This document shows, piece by piece, positions 49,004 to 59,423 of a stretch of DNA of 64,000 nucleotides (positions are counted from its first letter, which is position 1; each line of letters starts with the position of its first letter). The translations under genes and the position numbers were made by a program. The DNA lies in the IMG/VR virus record IMGVR_UViG_3300046005_000547, positions 124,001 through 188,000 of that record; one strand, given 5' to 3'. The notes below the pieces were generated by a model. That model searched no databases. It saw only the letters and a program-made list of their open reading frames with translations, and was not told where the DNA came from.

Positions 49004-49465
49004 TTATTTCAAACTTTTCAACAATTTTGGATATTCAACATTCCAATTGTTTAAGAAAACATGTTGAGCTTGTTTTAATGTAATCTTACCAGAACATAAC
49101 AATTTATGTACAGCATGTTCGATTACATCTTTTTGTTTGGCATTATCTAATGATTCGGGCCATAAATTATGTGGATCTGTTGGATGACCGGAAACGCTTA
49201 ACGGAATCCTATGGTCTTCTTGATAATGTTTAGGATTTGTATCTGAATATCCATACTCATGAATCTGTTGGATTTTCAATTTATTGGTATAATTTGATGA
49301 TGGTCTAATCTTAGTGGTAAATCCTGGAACACAAACTGTCTGATTCAAATTTTCCTGCGATACGTTTGTATTTAACGATCCTGGAGTTAATTCTCTGTTT
49401 GGTTCAACAGTATCCGCTGATACATTAGTTGTAATTAAAAGGAATAACATAAACAGTAATTTCAT
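49004..49465 (-). CDS. Signal-peptide-bearing HNH-like protein
   Basis: MKLLFMLFLLITTNVSA; LTPG..VC..YQEDHRIPLSVSG..NLWPE. Confidence 0.7.
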   Translation of the reverse strand: MKLLFMLFLLITTNVSADTVEPNRELTPGSLNTNVSQENLNQTVCVPGFTTKIRPSSNYTNKLKIQQIHEYGYSDTNPKHYQEDHRIPLSVSGHPTDPHNLWPESLDNAKQKDVIEHAVHKLLCSGKITLKQAQHVFLNNWNVEYPKLLKSLK

Positions 49466-49881
49466 AATTTCACGTGTAATTGATGGACTCTACATTGTAT
49501 CTGGCGATTCAAGTATTCATCAGATTCCAACACTCTACGATCCATTTGTTCCCTTGCTTCCAAATAAGACATAGTCCCTAGATTACCACATAAATGTAAT
49601 ATCTCTCTGATGTAATTATCTTCACCTAATTGTTCTATTTCCAATTTCAAATCATCAGAACTTGAAAAGTAAGTCTTCCAATCAGATTCAGATTTCTTCT
49701 TCACTCGTTTCTTCTTTTTGGTTCCATTTTTCAATGTAACAGTTTTCATTGAAGAAGTGAATGAATAGAATTGTTTCTTACCAACGTATTTTCTGTTGTT
49801 AGATTTATTTGTGATAAGATATACAAATCCTATTTTACCTTCTGGTATATCTGTTAATTCGATTCCTTGATACAACCACAT
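49462..49881 (-). CDS. GIY-YIG family endonuclease
   Basis: GFVYLITN..KYVGKK..SDWKTY..REIL..E..YLN. Confidence 0.85.
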   Translation of the reverse strand: MWLYQGIELTDIPEGKIGFVYLITNKSNNRKYVGKKQFYSFTSSMKTVTLKNGTKKKKRVKKKSESDWKTYFSSSDDLKLEIEQLGEDNYIREILHLCGNLGTMSYLEAREQMDRRVLESDEYLNRQIQCRVHQLHVKL

Positions 49882-49934
49882 ATTTGATTCTCCATAGTAT
49901 GATATTATTACATATGAAGAATTTAATGATGGGT

Positions 49935-50597
49935 TTATTTGTGTGCAATTAAAACAAATCTTCTACCTTTACTGTTTGGTAACCAAATCTTATCGTCAGC
50001 CAAATTCTTTGTATCATAATTGATTACTTTACCAGAATCATCCTTTATGAAATCATGTTCTATTGTATCATAAACAAATACATTTAATGAAGGAACTATT
50101 GATAACTTCTTCCATAATCTTTTACCGCCTTCATATTGAACGTTATCGGAAACAATAACGTATCCATCATCCATCAATGCTTGGTATATAGAAGAAGCTA
50201 ATCCAAGTCCTTCTAAGTTGGGAACTGTTGCTACAATTGATATTTGTAATTGTTTCTTATGTTCCAATTCCGCTGGTAAATTATCAATCAAAGGGTGTTT
50301 AAAATGAACTAGACACGCAACATAATATATTTTAGCTCCGTCTTCTTGCCGTATAGTTGGTATATAAACGCCAGCCATCCCTTTTGTTTTTGTCAATAAA
50401 ATTGTATAATCACCAATAACACTCGAATTTTTTACAGTTTTAATCAAATCAAATCTTCTTTGAACTGTTTCATCTGTTATATATCTACCAGCATCACCTT
50501 CGGCCGATATTGTAATCCAAGCAGACTGGTCTTTCGTTTCTGGTCTATGTTCAGGCATTTCTAATATCATCTTTCTAATTTCTGCAAATGTTTTCAT
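49935..50597 (-). CDS. Hypothetical, possible GNAT-like fold, capsid-targeting-like N-terminus
   Basis: MKTFAEIRKMILE; EGLGLASSIY..SDNVQYEGGKRLWKKL. Confidence 0.6.
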   Translation of the reverse strand: MKTFAEIRKMILEMPEHRPETKDQSAWITISAEGDAGRYITDETVQRRFDLIKTVKNSSVIGDYTILLTKTKGMAGVYIPTIRQEDGAKIYYVACLVHFKHPLIDNLPAELEHKKQLQISIVATVPNLEGLGLASSIYQALMDDGYVIVSDNVQYEGGKRLWKKLSIVPSLNVFVYDTIEHDFIKDDSGKVINYDTKNLADDKIWLPNSKGRRFVLIAHK

Positions 50598-50691
50598 GTT
50601 ATATTTCCCCTTTAAATTTTATTATAGATTTATTTAATCCAAAAAGAAACCCGTTAGAGCATTCAATCTCTAACGGGTTTGGTATCACAAT

Positions 50692-50844
50692 CTATTCTTC
50701 ATCTTCTTCAATATCATCCAATAACGGCGTTCCGCAAATTGGACAACTTCTAATGTCATTTTCCGAAAAATCCTTTGATTTAATTGTAATAGATCCTTGC
50801 GCATCACAATGGTCGCAAGCGAAGTTCTTTTTTACTGATGCCAT
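50692..50844 (-). CDS. Small zinc-ribbon protein (50 aa)
   Basis: Own translation with CDHC..CPICG; AAGGA RBS. Confidence 0.65.
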   Translation of the reverse strand: MASVKKNFACDHCDAQGSITIKSKDFSENDIRSCPICGTPLLDDIEEDEE

Positions 50845-50983
50845 TTTAATTCCTTTTAATGTGTTATTGTATATTCATTTAATTGTATTTAATATGAAAT
50901 TATTCATGTCATTAGATAATTCTTCTATCTTTTTGAATAATAAATTTTTATTTTTAATTTCAAAATCCCAGATTACCAATACA

Positions 50984-51952
50984 TTATAACCAGACATCAC
51001 CCCAAGAACCAGTTAATGCACCTTTTGAATAATCCGTAATTGTAGTTTCAAAGAAATTTCCATGAATTGGCGCATTAATCATTTCGTCAATCCAATTCAA
51101 TGGGTTTTTCTTAATTTTATAAATTCCTTTCAATCCCATGGAAATCAATCTTCTATCGCAAAGGTATCTAATGTATTGTTTAATATCACCTGCGGATAAA
51201 TTTTCCATGTCACCCATACTGAACGACAAATCAATGAATTTGTCTTCTAGTTCAACCATTTTTTCTGCGATAGAATATAATTCGGATTTTAATTTATCGT
51301 TCCAGATATGTCTATTTTCTTCGATATGAGTTCTAAACAGTTTAATCATACCTTCGCAATGCATTGATTCATCAACTAAACTCCAAGAAACTAATTGACC
51401 CATACCTTTCAATTTACCATGTCTAGGAAAATTTAATAACATAGCAAATGATGAGAATAATTGTAATCCTTCTGTGAATGCGCTGAATACTGCAATTTGC
51501 TGAGCAATAGTGGTGTTATCCATATGAGTGAATCTATCAACATAATCATGTTTTTCTTTCATCTCAGAATATTCATTAAATTCGTTGTATATTCTTTCTG
51601 GCATCCCAAGAGTTTCAATTAAATGCGAATATGCAGCAATATGAATTGATTCTCTTGCAGCAAATCCTAATAACATCATTCTTATTTCTGGTTGAGGGAA
51701 TGTTGGTAAATAATTTTTAACATATCCTCCAGCAACATCGATATCACCTTGAGTGAAGAATCTAAACAAATTTGTTAAAAAATGTTTGCTGGATTCATCT
51801 AATTTCGACCAATCTTTAATATCGTCTTGCATAGACACTTCAGTGAACATCCAATGACTTTGTTCATGAGTCAACCAATAATCATACGCCCATCCATATC
51901 TATGCGGTTTGTAATATGGTCTTTCGTCAGTTAATTTTAAATTTTTACTCAT
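50984..51952 (-). CDS. nrdB: Ribonucleotide reductase class Ia beta subunit
   Basis: FFTQGD, ESIH..Y, EGLQLFSSF, DESMH, NFFE; start at MSKNLK. Confidence 0.96.
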   Translation of the reverse strand: MSKNLKLTDERPYYKPHRYGWAYDYWLTHEQSHWMFTEVSMQDDIKDWSKLDESSKHFLTNLFRFFTQGDIDVAGGYVKNYLPTFPQPEIRMMLLGFAARESIHIAAYSHLIETLGMPERIYNEFNEYSEMKEKHDYVDRFTHMDNTTIAQQIAVFSAFTEGLQLFSSFAMLLNFPRHGKLKGMGQLVSWSLVDESMHCEGMIKLFRTHIEENRHIWNDKLKSELYSIAEKMVELEDKFIDLSFSMGDMENLSAGDIKQYIRYLCDRRLISMGLKGIYKIKKNPLNWIDEMINAPIHGNFFETTITDYSKGALTGSWGDVWL

Positions 51953-51959
51953 TTTATAG

Positions 51960-53756
51960 TTACCCTTCACAAGCCAAACAAGAATTTCCCTCGGCAACAG
52001 ACATCATATTCATTTCTTCAATAATATGTCGTTGAATTTGTTGTGACACTTTATCAGCCTTTCCGACTTTATTAGATCTCAAATAATACAAACTTTTTAA
52101 TCCGCGTTTCCACGCACTAAAATGGACGGCATGTAAGTATTTTATATGTGCATCTGGTCTGAAAAATACATTTATAGATTGTCCTTGGTCAATAATAGCT
52201 GCTCTATCCGCAGCTAAATCGATAATCCATCTTTGGTCAATCTCCATAGACGTTTTAAACACATCCTTTTCATCTTGAGATAAAATATCTAAATGTTGAA
52301 CAGATCCTTCATTTGCAATAACGCTTTTCCAAATATCGTCTAATTTTGATTCTGTTAATGATTTATTAGATAATAATTTTTCTAATTGTTTGTTTTTGTA
52401 AATTGAAAATCCTGAAAGTGTATCTTGTCTATATGCATTTGCTCTAAATGGTTCAACACTTGGTGATGTATTTCCGACCAAAATAGACGTAGATGCATTA
52501 GGTGCGATTGCCTGCATATGAGCAAATCTTTTACCATAACCAATTCCATCTGGACATTCCCCTCGTTCTAATGCCAATTCAGAATTACACTTATCTAAAT
52601 GAACTTTGATACTTTTAAAGATACGCAAATTTGTACTTTTTGCTAATGCGCATTCGAATGGTATATTTTTTTGTTGAAAATAATCGTGTAATCCTAATAC
52701 ACCTATACCAATAGAACGTTCATTCTTTGCGGATTCAACTGCTCTACGTAATTCTGGCGGAGCATTTTCGATAAAATGGGTTAAAACATTATCCAACATT
52801 TCGGCAACATCTCTATGAAATTGATAATCATCTTTCCATTCATCATAATAATTTAAGTTTAATGACGATAAACAACAAACCGCAGTTCTATCTTCAGAAG
52901 TTGCGAGTTCTACCTCTACGCAGAGATTCGAGCCATTGATTTTTAAGCCTTTTTTTCTTTGAAATTCTGGTAATGCTCTATTTGCCGTATCAATAAAATG
53001 CAAATATGGTTCACCGCGTTGAACTCTAGTTTCAATCAATAATTGCCAAACTTCTTTTGCCGAAACAGTTTGTGTTATTTCTTTGGTTGCTGGATCTATT
53101 AAATTCCAAGAATCGTCAAAATCTGGTTCAATCATACATTTTTCAATGATTTGCATAAAATCATCTGTTATATTTACACCATGATTCAAATTTGGACATC
53201 GGATATTTGGATCTCCAGTCGCCTTTCTCATTTCAATAAATGGTATAATTTCAGGATGAGAAATATCCAAGAATGCCGCGTAACTACCTCTTCGAGTAGA
53301 ACCTTGTTTATACGCTAAAGAAGACGCATCATATGTTTTTAAATGCGGGATGATTCCAGTTGATTTATCGCCAGCAGAACGAATATCCATATGGATACCA
53401 ACACCCCCACCTAACATGGATAATGTATTGACTTCAGATAATGTATCAATAAGGCCCTTTGATGTATCTGGTAAGTAAGACAAAAAACAAGAAATTGGTA
53501 ATCCTTTTTTATTTCTACCGAATGATAAAATCGGAGTCGAATAACTCAACCAATGCTTAGATGCATAATCATATAATCTTTGTGAATGTTCTTTATTAGT
53601 ACCAAACGCATTAGAAACATATGCATATCTTTGCTGAGGTGATGATTCATCAGACATCATGTACGATTCCTTAAATCGTTTATGTCCTAATTCATCTATC
53701 AAATTGTCTCGCGAATAATCAACATTTATTCCTAAATACAATTCCGTTATACTCAT
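51960..53756 (-). CDS. nrdA: Ribonucleotide reductase class Ia alpha subunit
   Basis: PISCF, SNLCVE, VCCLSS, APNASTS, KSLYY, CLACEG. Confidence 0.96.
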   Translation of the reverse strand: MSITELYLGINVDYSRDNLIDELGHKRFKESYMMSDESSPQQRYAYVSNAFGTNKEHSQRLYDYASKHWLSYSTPILSFGRNKKGLPISCFLSYLPDTSKGLIDTLSEVNTLSMLGGGVGIHMDIRSAGDKSTGIIPHLKTYDASSLAYKQGSTRRGSYAAFLDISHPEIIPFIEMRKATGDPNIRCPNLNHGVNITDDFMQIIEKCMIEPDFDDSWNLIDPATKEITQTVSAKEVWQLLIETRVQRGEPYLHFIDTANRALPEFQRKKGLKINGSNLCVEVELATSEDRTAVCCLSSLNLNYYDEWKDDYQFHRDVAEMLDNVLTHFIENAPPELRRAVESAKNERSIGIGVLGLHDYFQQKNIPFECALAKSTNLRIFKSIKVHLDKCNSELALERGECPDGIGYGKRFAHMQAIAPNASTSILVGNTSPSVEPFRANAYRQDTLSGFSIYKNKQLEKLLSNKSLTESKLDDIWKSVIANEGSVQHLDILSQDEKDVFKTSMEIDQRWIIDLAADRAAIIDQGQSINVFFRPDAHIKYLHAVHFSAWKRGLKSLYYLRSNKVGKADKVSQQIQRHIIEEMNMMSVAEGNSCLACEG

Positions 53757-53765
53757 ATAATTTCC

Positions 53766-53975
53766 TTATGGTTTTTCTTTCAAGATAAAAACACCATCTG
53801 CCGCGCAGGTCATATATTCATTCATGATATAATCTTCACAATTGAATACAGTTGCCAAAGATGGAACAATTTTACATATTTCTTGAAATGATGGTTTATG
53901 ATTGAATTCTGTAATGATTTCAGTTTTAAAATCATTACCAGATTCGTTATAGATTTTATGTAATTGATACGTCAT
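53766..53975 (-). CDS. Hypothetical protein
   Basis: ORF between thyX and nrdA. Confidence 0.55.
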   Translation of the reverse strand: MTYQLHKIYNESGNDFKTEIITEFNHKPSFQEICKIVPSLATVFNCEDYIMNEYMTCAADGVFILKEKP

Positions 53976-53983
53976 GATATAAT

Positions 53984-54565
53984 TTAGTTGAAAAGATTTG
54001 GAGCAACTTCTGTCATTTGACGTTCAATTTCCTGCGCAACTAATCTGATTTCATATTGAGCTTCTTTTGTGTTGCGCAATTTAATGAAATCCAACCATGC
54101 TTGGAAATTACCAACAACATTTAATGAGGTCGGCGAGAAATTCGGAAGCACCATTCTAGCGTCTTCTTTCTTTGCACCTAATGATAATAATTTATCATAT
54201 TGTTCATAAGAATGTTCTAATGATTCTTTTAATACAATAGATGCTTCTTCAGATGTTTCAAAAAATGGCGGAACTTCTAATTCCAAGAGTTCGGATACAT
54301 CTGATTTGGTGTAACGTTGACTCTTTTGAAGGAAGTCAAGATGTTTGGAACGAACCATTTGATGAGAACAGACTCTTGAGATGTCAGAGATTCTGAAGAC
54401 AGCATGAGCAAAACGTAATACCGCAAGATGACCTTTTGATGAACAATGTTTGGCACGTTTTACATTTTTATCAGGATCTGATATATCGGCACCATAACAT
54501 TCTCCTGCTACAATACCTAAGAATTCTTCTGCGTTTGGTGTAACAAATAACAATTCAACTTTCAT
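53984..54565 (-). CDS. thyX: Flavin-dependent thymidylate synthase
   Basis: GH..ISRVCSHQMVR..QKSQRY..EDARMVLP..R..AQYEIR. Confidence 0.92.
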   Translation of the reverse strand: MKVELLFVTPNAEEFLGIVAGECYGADISDPDKNVKRAKHCSSKGHLAVLRFAHAVFRISDISRVCSHQMVRSKHLDFLQKSQRYTKSDVSELLELEVPPFFETSEEASIVLKESLEHSYEQYDKLLSLGAKKEDARMVLPNFSPTSLNVVGNFQAWLDFIKLRNTKEAQYEIRLVAQEIERQMTEVAPNLFN

Positions 54566-54572
54566 ATTTCCC

Positions 54573-55124
54573 TTATTTTATTTCTTTAATTTTAGTCTTC
54601 TCTACGAATCCATAAAATTGTAAATCGATTAGTTTATCAGTTTCTTTACCAGTACAAATACATTCACCATTCATAAAACAAACTTTTTTGTTTTTAATGG
54701 ATTCATTATATTTCGCTTGGAATAAGAATTTCATTGGTATGTATATCGTTCCTCTTTTGGAATTATACGGATATTTCAATACATAATTTTTCAACCATTC
54801 AGACCACCATGGTATTTTAATTTCATATAATGTTTCAATACCTTGTTTGATGTATTTACCAGTACATTCAAATTCACCATTAAGATGTTGATGGTATCCC
54901 CCTGTTATACTTACTCGAGTTCCAATTCTACAATCCATTGTTTTATTATATTTGATTGGAATTAATTCATTATTCCATACAAATCGTTTTTCATAATCAA
55001 TTTGATATTTTCTGAAAAATAGAAATTTTGATATGAATTTATTTGTTTTCTCCGTTTGTACCACTATATTCCTGAACGGATCCGTTTTGAATAGGTAATT
55101 CATTTTGAACCTTATTTGTATCAA
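54573..55124 (-). CDS. Hypothetical protein
   Basis: ORF in operon; start uncertain. Confidence 0.55.
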   Translation of the reverse strand: MIQIRFKMNYLFKTDPFRNIVVQTEKTNKFISKFLFFRKYQIDYEKRFVWNNELIPIKYNKTMDCRIGTRVSITGGYHQHLNGEFECTGKYIKQGIETLYEIKIPWWSEWLKNYVLKYPYNSKRGTIYIPMKFLFQAKYNESIKNKKVCFMNGECICTGKETDKLIDLQFYGFVEKTKIKEIK

Positions 55125-55239
55125 TTAAAGCGTTGATGATGTGTAATTCATTTTCATCATATTTCAATTTCATTAGATCTTTCAATTCTTTATCAACATC
55201 AAATTTACAAGGTTTATCTTCTTTCAACATTTCCTCCAA
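55039..55239 (-). CDS. Hypothetical protein
   Basis: Overlaps primase end. Confidence 0.4.
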   Translation of the reverse strand: MEEMLKEDKPCKFDVDKELKDLMKLKYDENELHIINALIDTNKVQNELPIQNGSVQEYSGTNGENK

Positions 55240-56237
55240 GTGATATATTTCATGAGAGCGGATGCTCCGACGAATGTATTATTATCTATAATACTTTTTG
55301 CGTCTATACCATTCAAATACATATCATTGATGTCTTTTTGTTTTATCTTGGAATCCCAAATACAAACCGAATATCCAAATTTGATACTGTTTTCGAGTAA
55401 TCTCATTATTTCAATTGCTCTGGGTTCATTATCATAAACCAAGACAACATTGTCTTTATGTTCCTTAATGAACACATTACTGTTAAATGACGAACCAGAA
55501 ACAGCTATACAATTATCTATAAACAATGAATCAATTGGACCTTCAACAACGTATATCTTCTTAGAAGTATCAATTCTTTCTAAACCATATACAGGATAAT
55601 CCGTATCCATCAATTTGATATTAGAATATCTCATGAAGTTGTTATCAATTGCTCTACCCGTTAATTGGAATATATATCCTTCTGGATTGAAATATGGAAT
55701 AACAATTCTAGGTGAATCAATTACAGAATCAAACTTTTCTGGGATGATCGAATTGATTAACTTTTTGTATTCTGTTGTATAATACAATAGTTTCCATTTA
55801 TCCTCTGGTATATTTCTTCTTGAGAGAAATTCAATTGCTTCTTTAGATTCAGATGCTGGAATCAATTGAGATAGAATTTTGTTATTGTAAATTGATGATT
55901 CAGAAAATGATGGTTTTGAATCAGGAAGTTCAATTGTTTTGTTTGCTCTATGTTTATTGATTCCTTGTTTGTATCGTTCGACAACATAATCTGAATATAA
56001 CAAAGAATTGACTTCTTTTAGGAATGTACCAAACGATACAGAATACTGGCAATTGAAACATCTATAGAACATATCATTTTTAACGGTATAGATGAATCCT
56101 CTGGCTTTTCTGGTATTCTTTTTTGAATCCCCACAAATTGGACAACTCATCTTCCATGTTTCTTCATTTATCTTTCTGAAGTTGCGCATGGAAGATGAGA
56201 ACAAATGGATGTATTTCTTATCGATGTATAATGACAT
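55224..56237 (-). CDS. gp61: DNA primase gp61
   Basis: CPICGDSKKN..CFNC; VVEGPIDSLF; YDNEPR; KDINDM. Confidence 0.95.
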   Translation of the reverse strand: MSLYIDKKYIHLFSSSMRNFRKINEETWKMSCPICGDSKKNTRKARGFIYTVKNDMFYRCFNCQYSVSFGTFLKEVNSLLYSDYVVERYKQGINKHRANKTIELPDSKPSFSESSIYNNKILSQLIPASESKEAIEFLSRRNIPEDKWKLLYYTTEYKKLINSIIPEKFDSVIDSPRIVIPYFNPEGYIFQLTGRAIDNNFMRYSNIKLMDTDYPVYGLERIDTSKKIYVVEGPIDSLFIDNCIAVSGSSFNSNVFIKEHKDNVVLVYDNEPRAIEIMRLLENSIKFGYSVCIWDSKIKQKDINDMYLNGIDAKSIIDNNTFVGASALMKYITWRKC

Positions 56238-56559
56238 ACTTTACCATTTCTTTTGATTCTTGTTGTTATATTGTTTAGGAGGATGCGTCTGTTTTCCTGT
56301 CTTTGGAATTTCAATGTATCGTACATTAGCATCCACTCCATTACATGTTAATATAAACATTTCATCTTTTTGGATACCACCTAACATAATTCCTTCCAAT
56401 TCATTTATCATAATAATTTCATTCCAATTAAACCACTATACATAATCAAACAAATTCCAATGTAAAACAATTTGAACACTTCATGTAGTTTTAATCTACC
56501 AGAAAATAACATATCCATACAAAAATAAACCCCGATTAGATTTAATAAAATCAATAAAT

Positions 56560-57107
56560 TCATAATTCACCTTTAATGTAAGAAATGATTGAATCGAACG
56601 GTATATCTTCAACAGAATTGTATCTTGTATATCCAATATCGTTATATTCAATCCATATTAAAATGTCATCATTATTAACATTTATTTCAATGTAACAAGT
56701 CTCAGATTCATTATCCAATTCTATCTTAACTGATTTAAAATCTTCGGAAATATCCACGGTTTTGATATTCTGTTTTATATCATCTAATTCATATAGAATC
56801 CTTTTTGAATTAGAAATTATAACAAATGATGGATTATCCAATGAATCTAAATTATCTATTTCCTCTAAAAAAGAATCAATGTGAGACATTATTCTAATCC
56901 ATCAGAATTCAAATTGTAAATTTGGTCAATAAACATTTGGAAATTCGATTCATTTAATTCATTACTTCTAATGCCTTTATAATAAACAGAAGATCCTTTT
57001 GAATGTAGAACCTCAATTTTGTTTTCATGAACGTCGAAATATGTAACATTGTCTACAATCAAAACTCGAACTACATTGTTGTTAAATTCAATCTTAATGG
57101 CTCTCAT
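56560..57107 (-). CDS. Two hypothetical genes (56560-56889, 56889-57107)
   Basis: AGGAG RBS, TAATG coupling, promoter-like TATAAT at ~57132. Confidence 0.6.
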
Positions 57108-57323
57108 ATTTTCTCCTAGTTGAAAAACTATATTATAATCTATTATATCAGAAACGAAAGAATAAAGATATAATACATCTTATTTGTTGAATACACAACG
57201 AAAACAATACATCCTGTATGATATATTGTTCTAATCATTAACATTGTTTAAACGACAAATAAGATGTATTATAACTGATATTTTATCCAAAAGAAATCCC
57301 ATCATTTTATTGATGGGATTATC

Positions 57324-57770
57324 TTAAGGTTTTGACGCAAATACATTAAAATGTTCAATATAATAACCGATTGCGCCAGCTATACCAACAATAAACCATT
57401 TCCATTGTTCAATCTTAGAAATACGTTCTTCTAATTCTTCAATTTTATCTACAGTGTCTTCCAATTTATCTTTGTGAGCTTCAGCAAATTTTGAACCAAA
57501 TTCAGCAACGCTTTTATTGATTTGTTTATCAGATTCATCCACTTTAGAAGATACGGCTTTAACATCTTGAACTAGAGATTTATGTTGTTCTTCAAATTTA
57601 ATAATTTTTTCTTCATGTACAGCAACCATTTTATTCATGGTGATTGTATTTTCAGCAACCTTTTCAACAACTTTTTCTAATCTGTCGATTGTTCTTTGTT
57701 GGGATGCCAATTCAATATCGGCGACGTGGTCGGATGCTCTTCTTTTAACAATCTGCTCTTCCATATGCAT
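57324..57770 (-). CDS. Coiled-coil protein with C-terminal membrane anchor
   Basis: VAVHEEKI..RISKIEQWKWFIVGIAGAIG. Confidence 0.7.
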   Translation of the reverse strand: MHMEEQIVKRRASDHVADIELASQQRTIDRLEKVVEKVAENTITMNKMVAVHEEKIIKFEEQHKSLVQDVKAVSSKVDESDKQINKSVAEFGSKFAEAHKDKLEDTVDKIEELEERISKIEQWKWFIVGIAGAIGYYIEHFNVFASKP

Positions 57771-58155
57771 TTTCCGTTAAAGTTAAAAAATCAATCACTT
57801 GAATTTCTTCTTGTAATCGTTTATTTGATGAGACAATATCTAAAAATTGTTCAGAAATTATATTCTCATCCATGTTGTTCTTGTATGATTCTTTGATTAA
57901 GAACATAGCAGCAGCTAAATTTTTAATTCTAGTGTCACCTCCAGGCAACATATTCATCATACGTTTTAAATTAAAAACTAATCTTTTTAGATAATTGACT
58001 GAATCTTTCTCTTCAGATGTTTTTAATGTATTGTATTTTTTCAACACTTTACCATTCTCATCAATGATGCCTAATTTAAAAGCATCAGTTTGATTAAATG
58101 GTGTGGTCAATAATGACAATATACGTAAAGCAATAAGATTATCGATAATTTTCAT
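57745..58155 (-). CDS. Conserved T4-like hypothetical
   Basis: LLTTPF..DAFKLGIIDENGK..RLVFNLKR. Confidence 0.75.
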   Translation of the reverse strand: MKIIDNLIALRILSLLTTPFNQTDAFKLGIIDENGKVLKKYNTLKTSEEKDSVNYLKRLVFNLKRMMNMLPGGDTRIKNLAAAMFLIKESYKNNMDENIISEQFLDIVSSNKRLQEEIQVIDFLTLTENAYGRADC

Positions 58156-58496
58156 TACATTCCTCTTAACATGTTAAATGTTTTTTCATCATATTCCATT
58201 CCTTCATCTATATCATAATTAAGAAACATTACAACAGAAGCAATTACACCCCAATGTTTCTTATCTATTTTATTGTAGAGGAATTCTGTTGTATTAACAC
58301 CAAAAACATTATATAGAATTATGATATGATTGACTATCAATTTAATACAAGATTCTTCATTGTTTGTATATCTGACAAGCAATTTCCTCAATAAATTAAA
58401 TCTTGCATAATCATATTTGAATTCAAAGATATTATTACATTGAAGATTATTATAAGAATTTTTTGCTTTATCGAAGAAATCATTGTCGTCATTCAT
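58155..58496 (-). CDS. Conserved T4-like hypothetical
   Basis: EFKYD..LIVNHIIILYNVFG. Confidence 0.75.
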   Translation of the reverse strand: MNDDNDFFDKAKNSYNNLQCNNIFEFKYDYARFNLLRKLLVRYTNNEESCIKLIVNHIIILYNVFGVNTTEFLYNKIDKKHWGVIASVVMFLNYDIDEGMEYDEKTFNMLRGM

Positions 58497-58498
58497 TT

Positions 58499-59368
58499 TT
58501 ACACCACAGTCAACGTTGCAGCTGTTGTTAATTTAGGTGTAGCATTTGTTGCCGTCACATTACACGTATACTTTTTACCATTCAAACCAGTTGTATTTGA
58601 AATGGTCAATGTCGCGGTCGTTGTGCCGGTATAAACACCCACGTTTGTTAAATCAACGCCATCGACTTTCCATTGGTAACTTAATGTACCACCACCAGCC
58701 GAAATTGTAGCAGTCGTCGCAAATGTTGTTCCAGCAGGAGCAGTAATTGTTCTATTTGTTGGAGCAGACGCTGAAATTACAAATGGATCTTTCATTCGCA
58801 ATTCGCCAAATTTAGTAGTCACAGTATCAGCATTAGCTGCAGTTACAATACAACGATATTTCTTACCAATCAAACCAGTCGTAGAAGAAATAGATAACGT
58901 ATTTGTCGTCGCTCCTAAATAAACACCAGTATTGGATACGTTGGCGAATGTTTTATTCGAAGCAGAAACTTGCCATTGGTAACTTAATGCACCACCACCA
59001 ACCGAAATAGTCGCTGTTGTTGAAACGGTTGCTGCAGTTCCTTCGAAGATTACACTTGATGCTGGATCTGTAGCTGAAATTACATAAGTTTGAGTCGCAG
59101 TTAAATTGGCATCCACTGCTCTGGTGACACCAATTGAATATCCAGAATTCGATGCTGGATTTAACAATTCAGCTTTATGTCGAGTTGTTCCAGCGGAATC
59201 TTTATACGTAAAGTATTTCCAATATCCTGAACATGTAATCCCTTTCAATTTAGTGTCTGGATCGTCAGCTTCCGCTTGAGATACAAAAATTACATTTCTT
59301 CTATCATCTTCCGATAGAAATGACGGTAAATTGGTTTCCGTATCTGTTCCAAATTTCCATGTACCCAT
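58499..59368 (-). CDS. Ig-domain (Hoc-like) virion decoration protein
   Basis: Two LSYQW..GxTTxTLxIS..KYxCxVT Ig repeats; TATAAATA at 59407-59414. Confidence 0.8.
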   Translation of the reverse strand: MGTWKFGTDTETNLPSFLSEDDRRNVIFVSQAEADDPDTKLKGITCSGYWKYFTYKDSAGTTRHKAELLNPASNSGYSIGVTRAVDANLTATQTYVISATDPASSVIFEGTAATVSTTATISVGGGALSYQWQVSASNKTFANVSNTGVYLGATTNTLSISSTTGLIGKKYRCIVTAANADTVTTKFGELRMKDPFVISASAPTNRTITAPAGTTFATTATISAGGGTLSYQWKVDGVDLTNVGVYTGTTTATLTISNTTGLNGKKYTCNVTATNATPKLTTAATLTVV

Positions 59369-59423
59369 TTTGTTTGTTCCTTATAAAAATAATAGTGGTA
59401 TGGAATTATTTATATGGATGTAT

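Noticed and set aside
50588-50989. Plus-strand 133-aa ORF
   Set aside because: Antisense to the zinc-ribbon gene and spans a terminator
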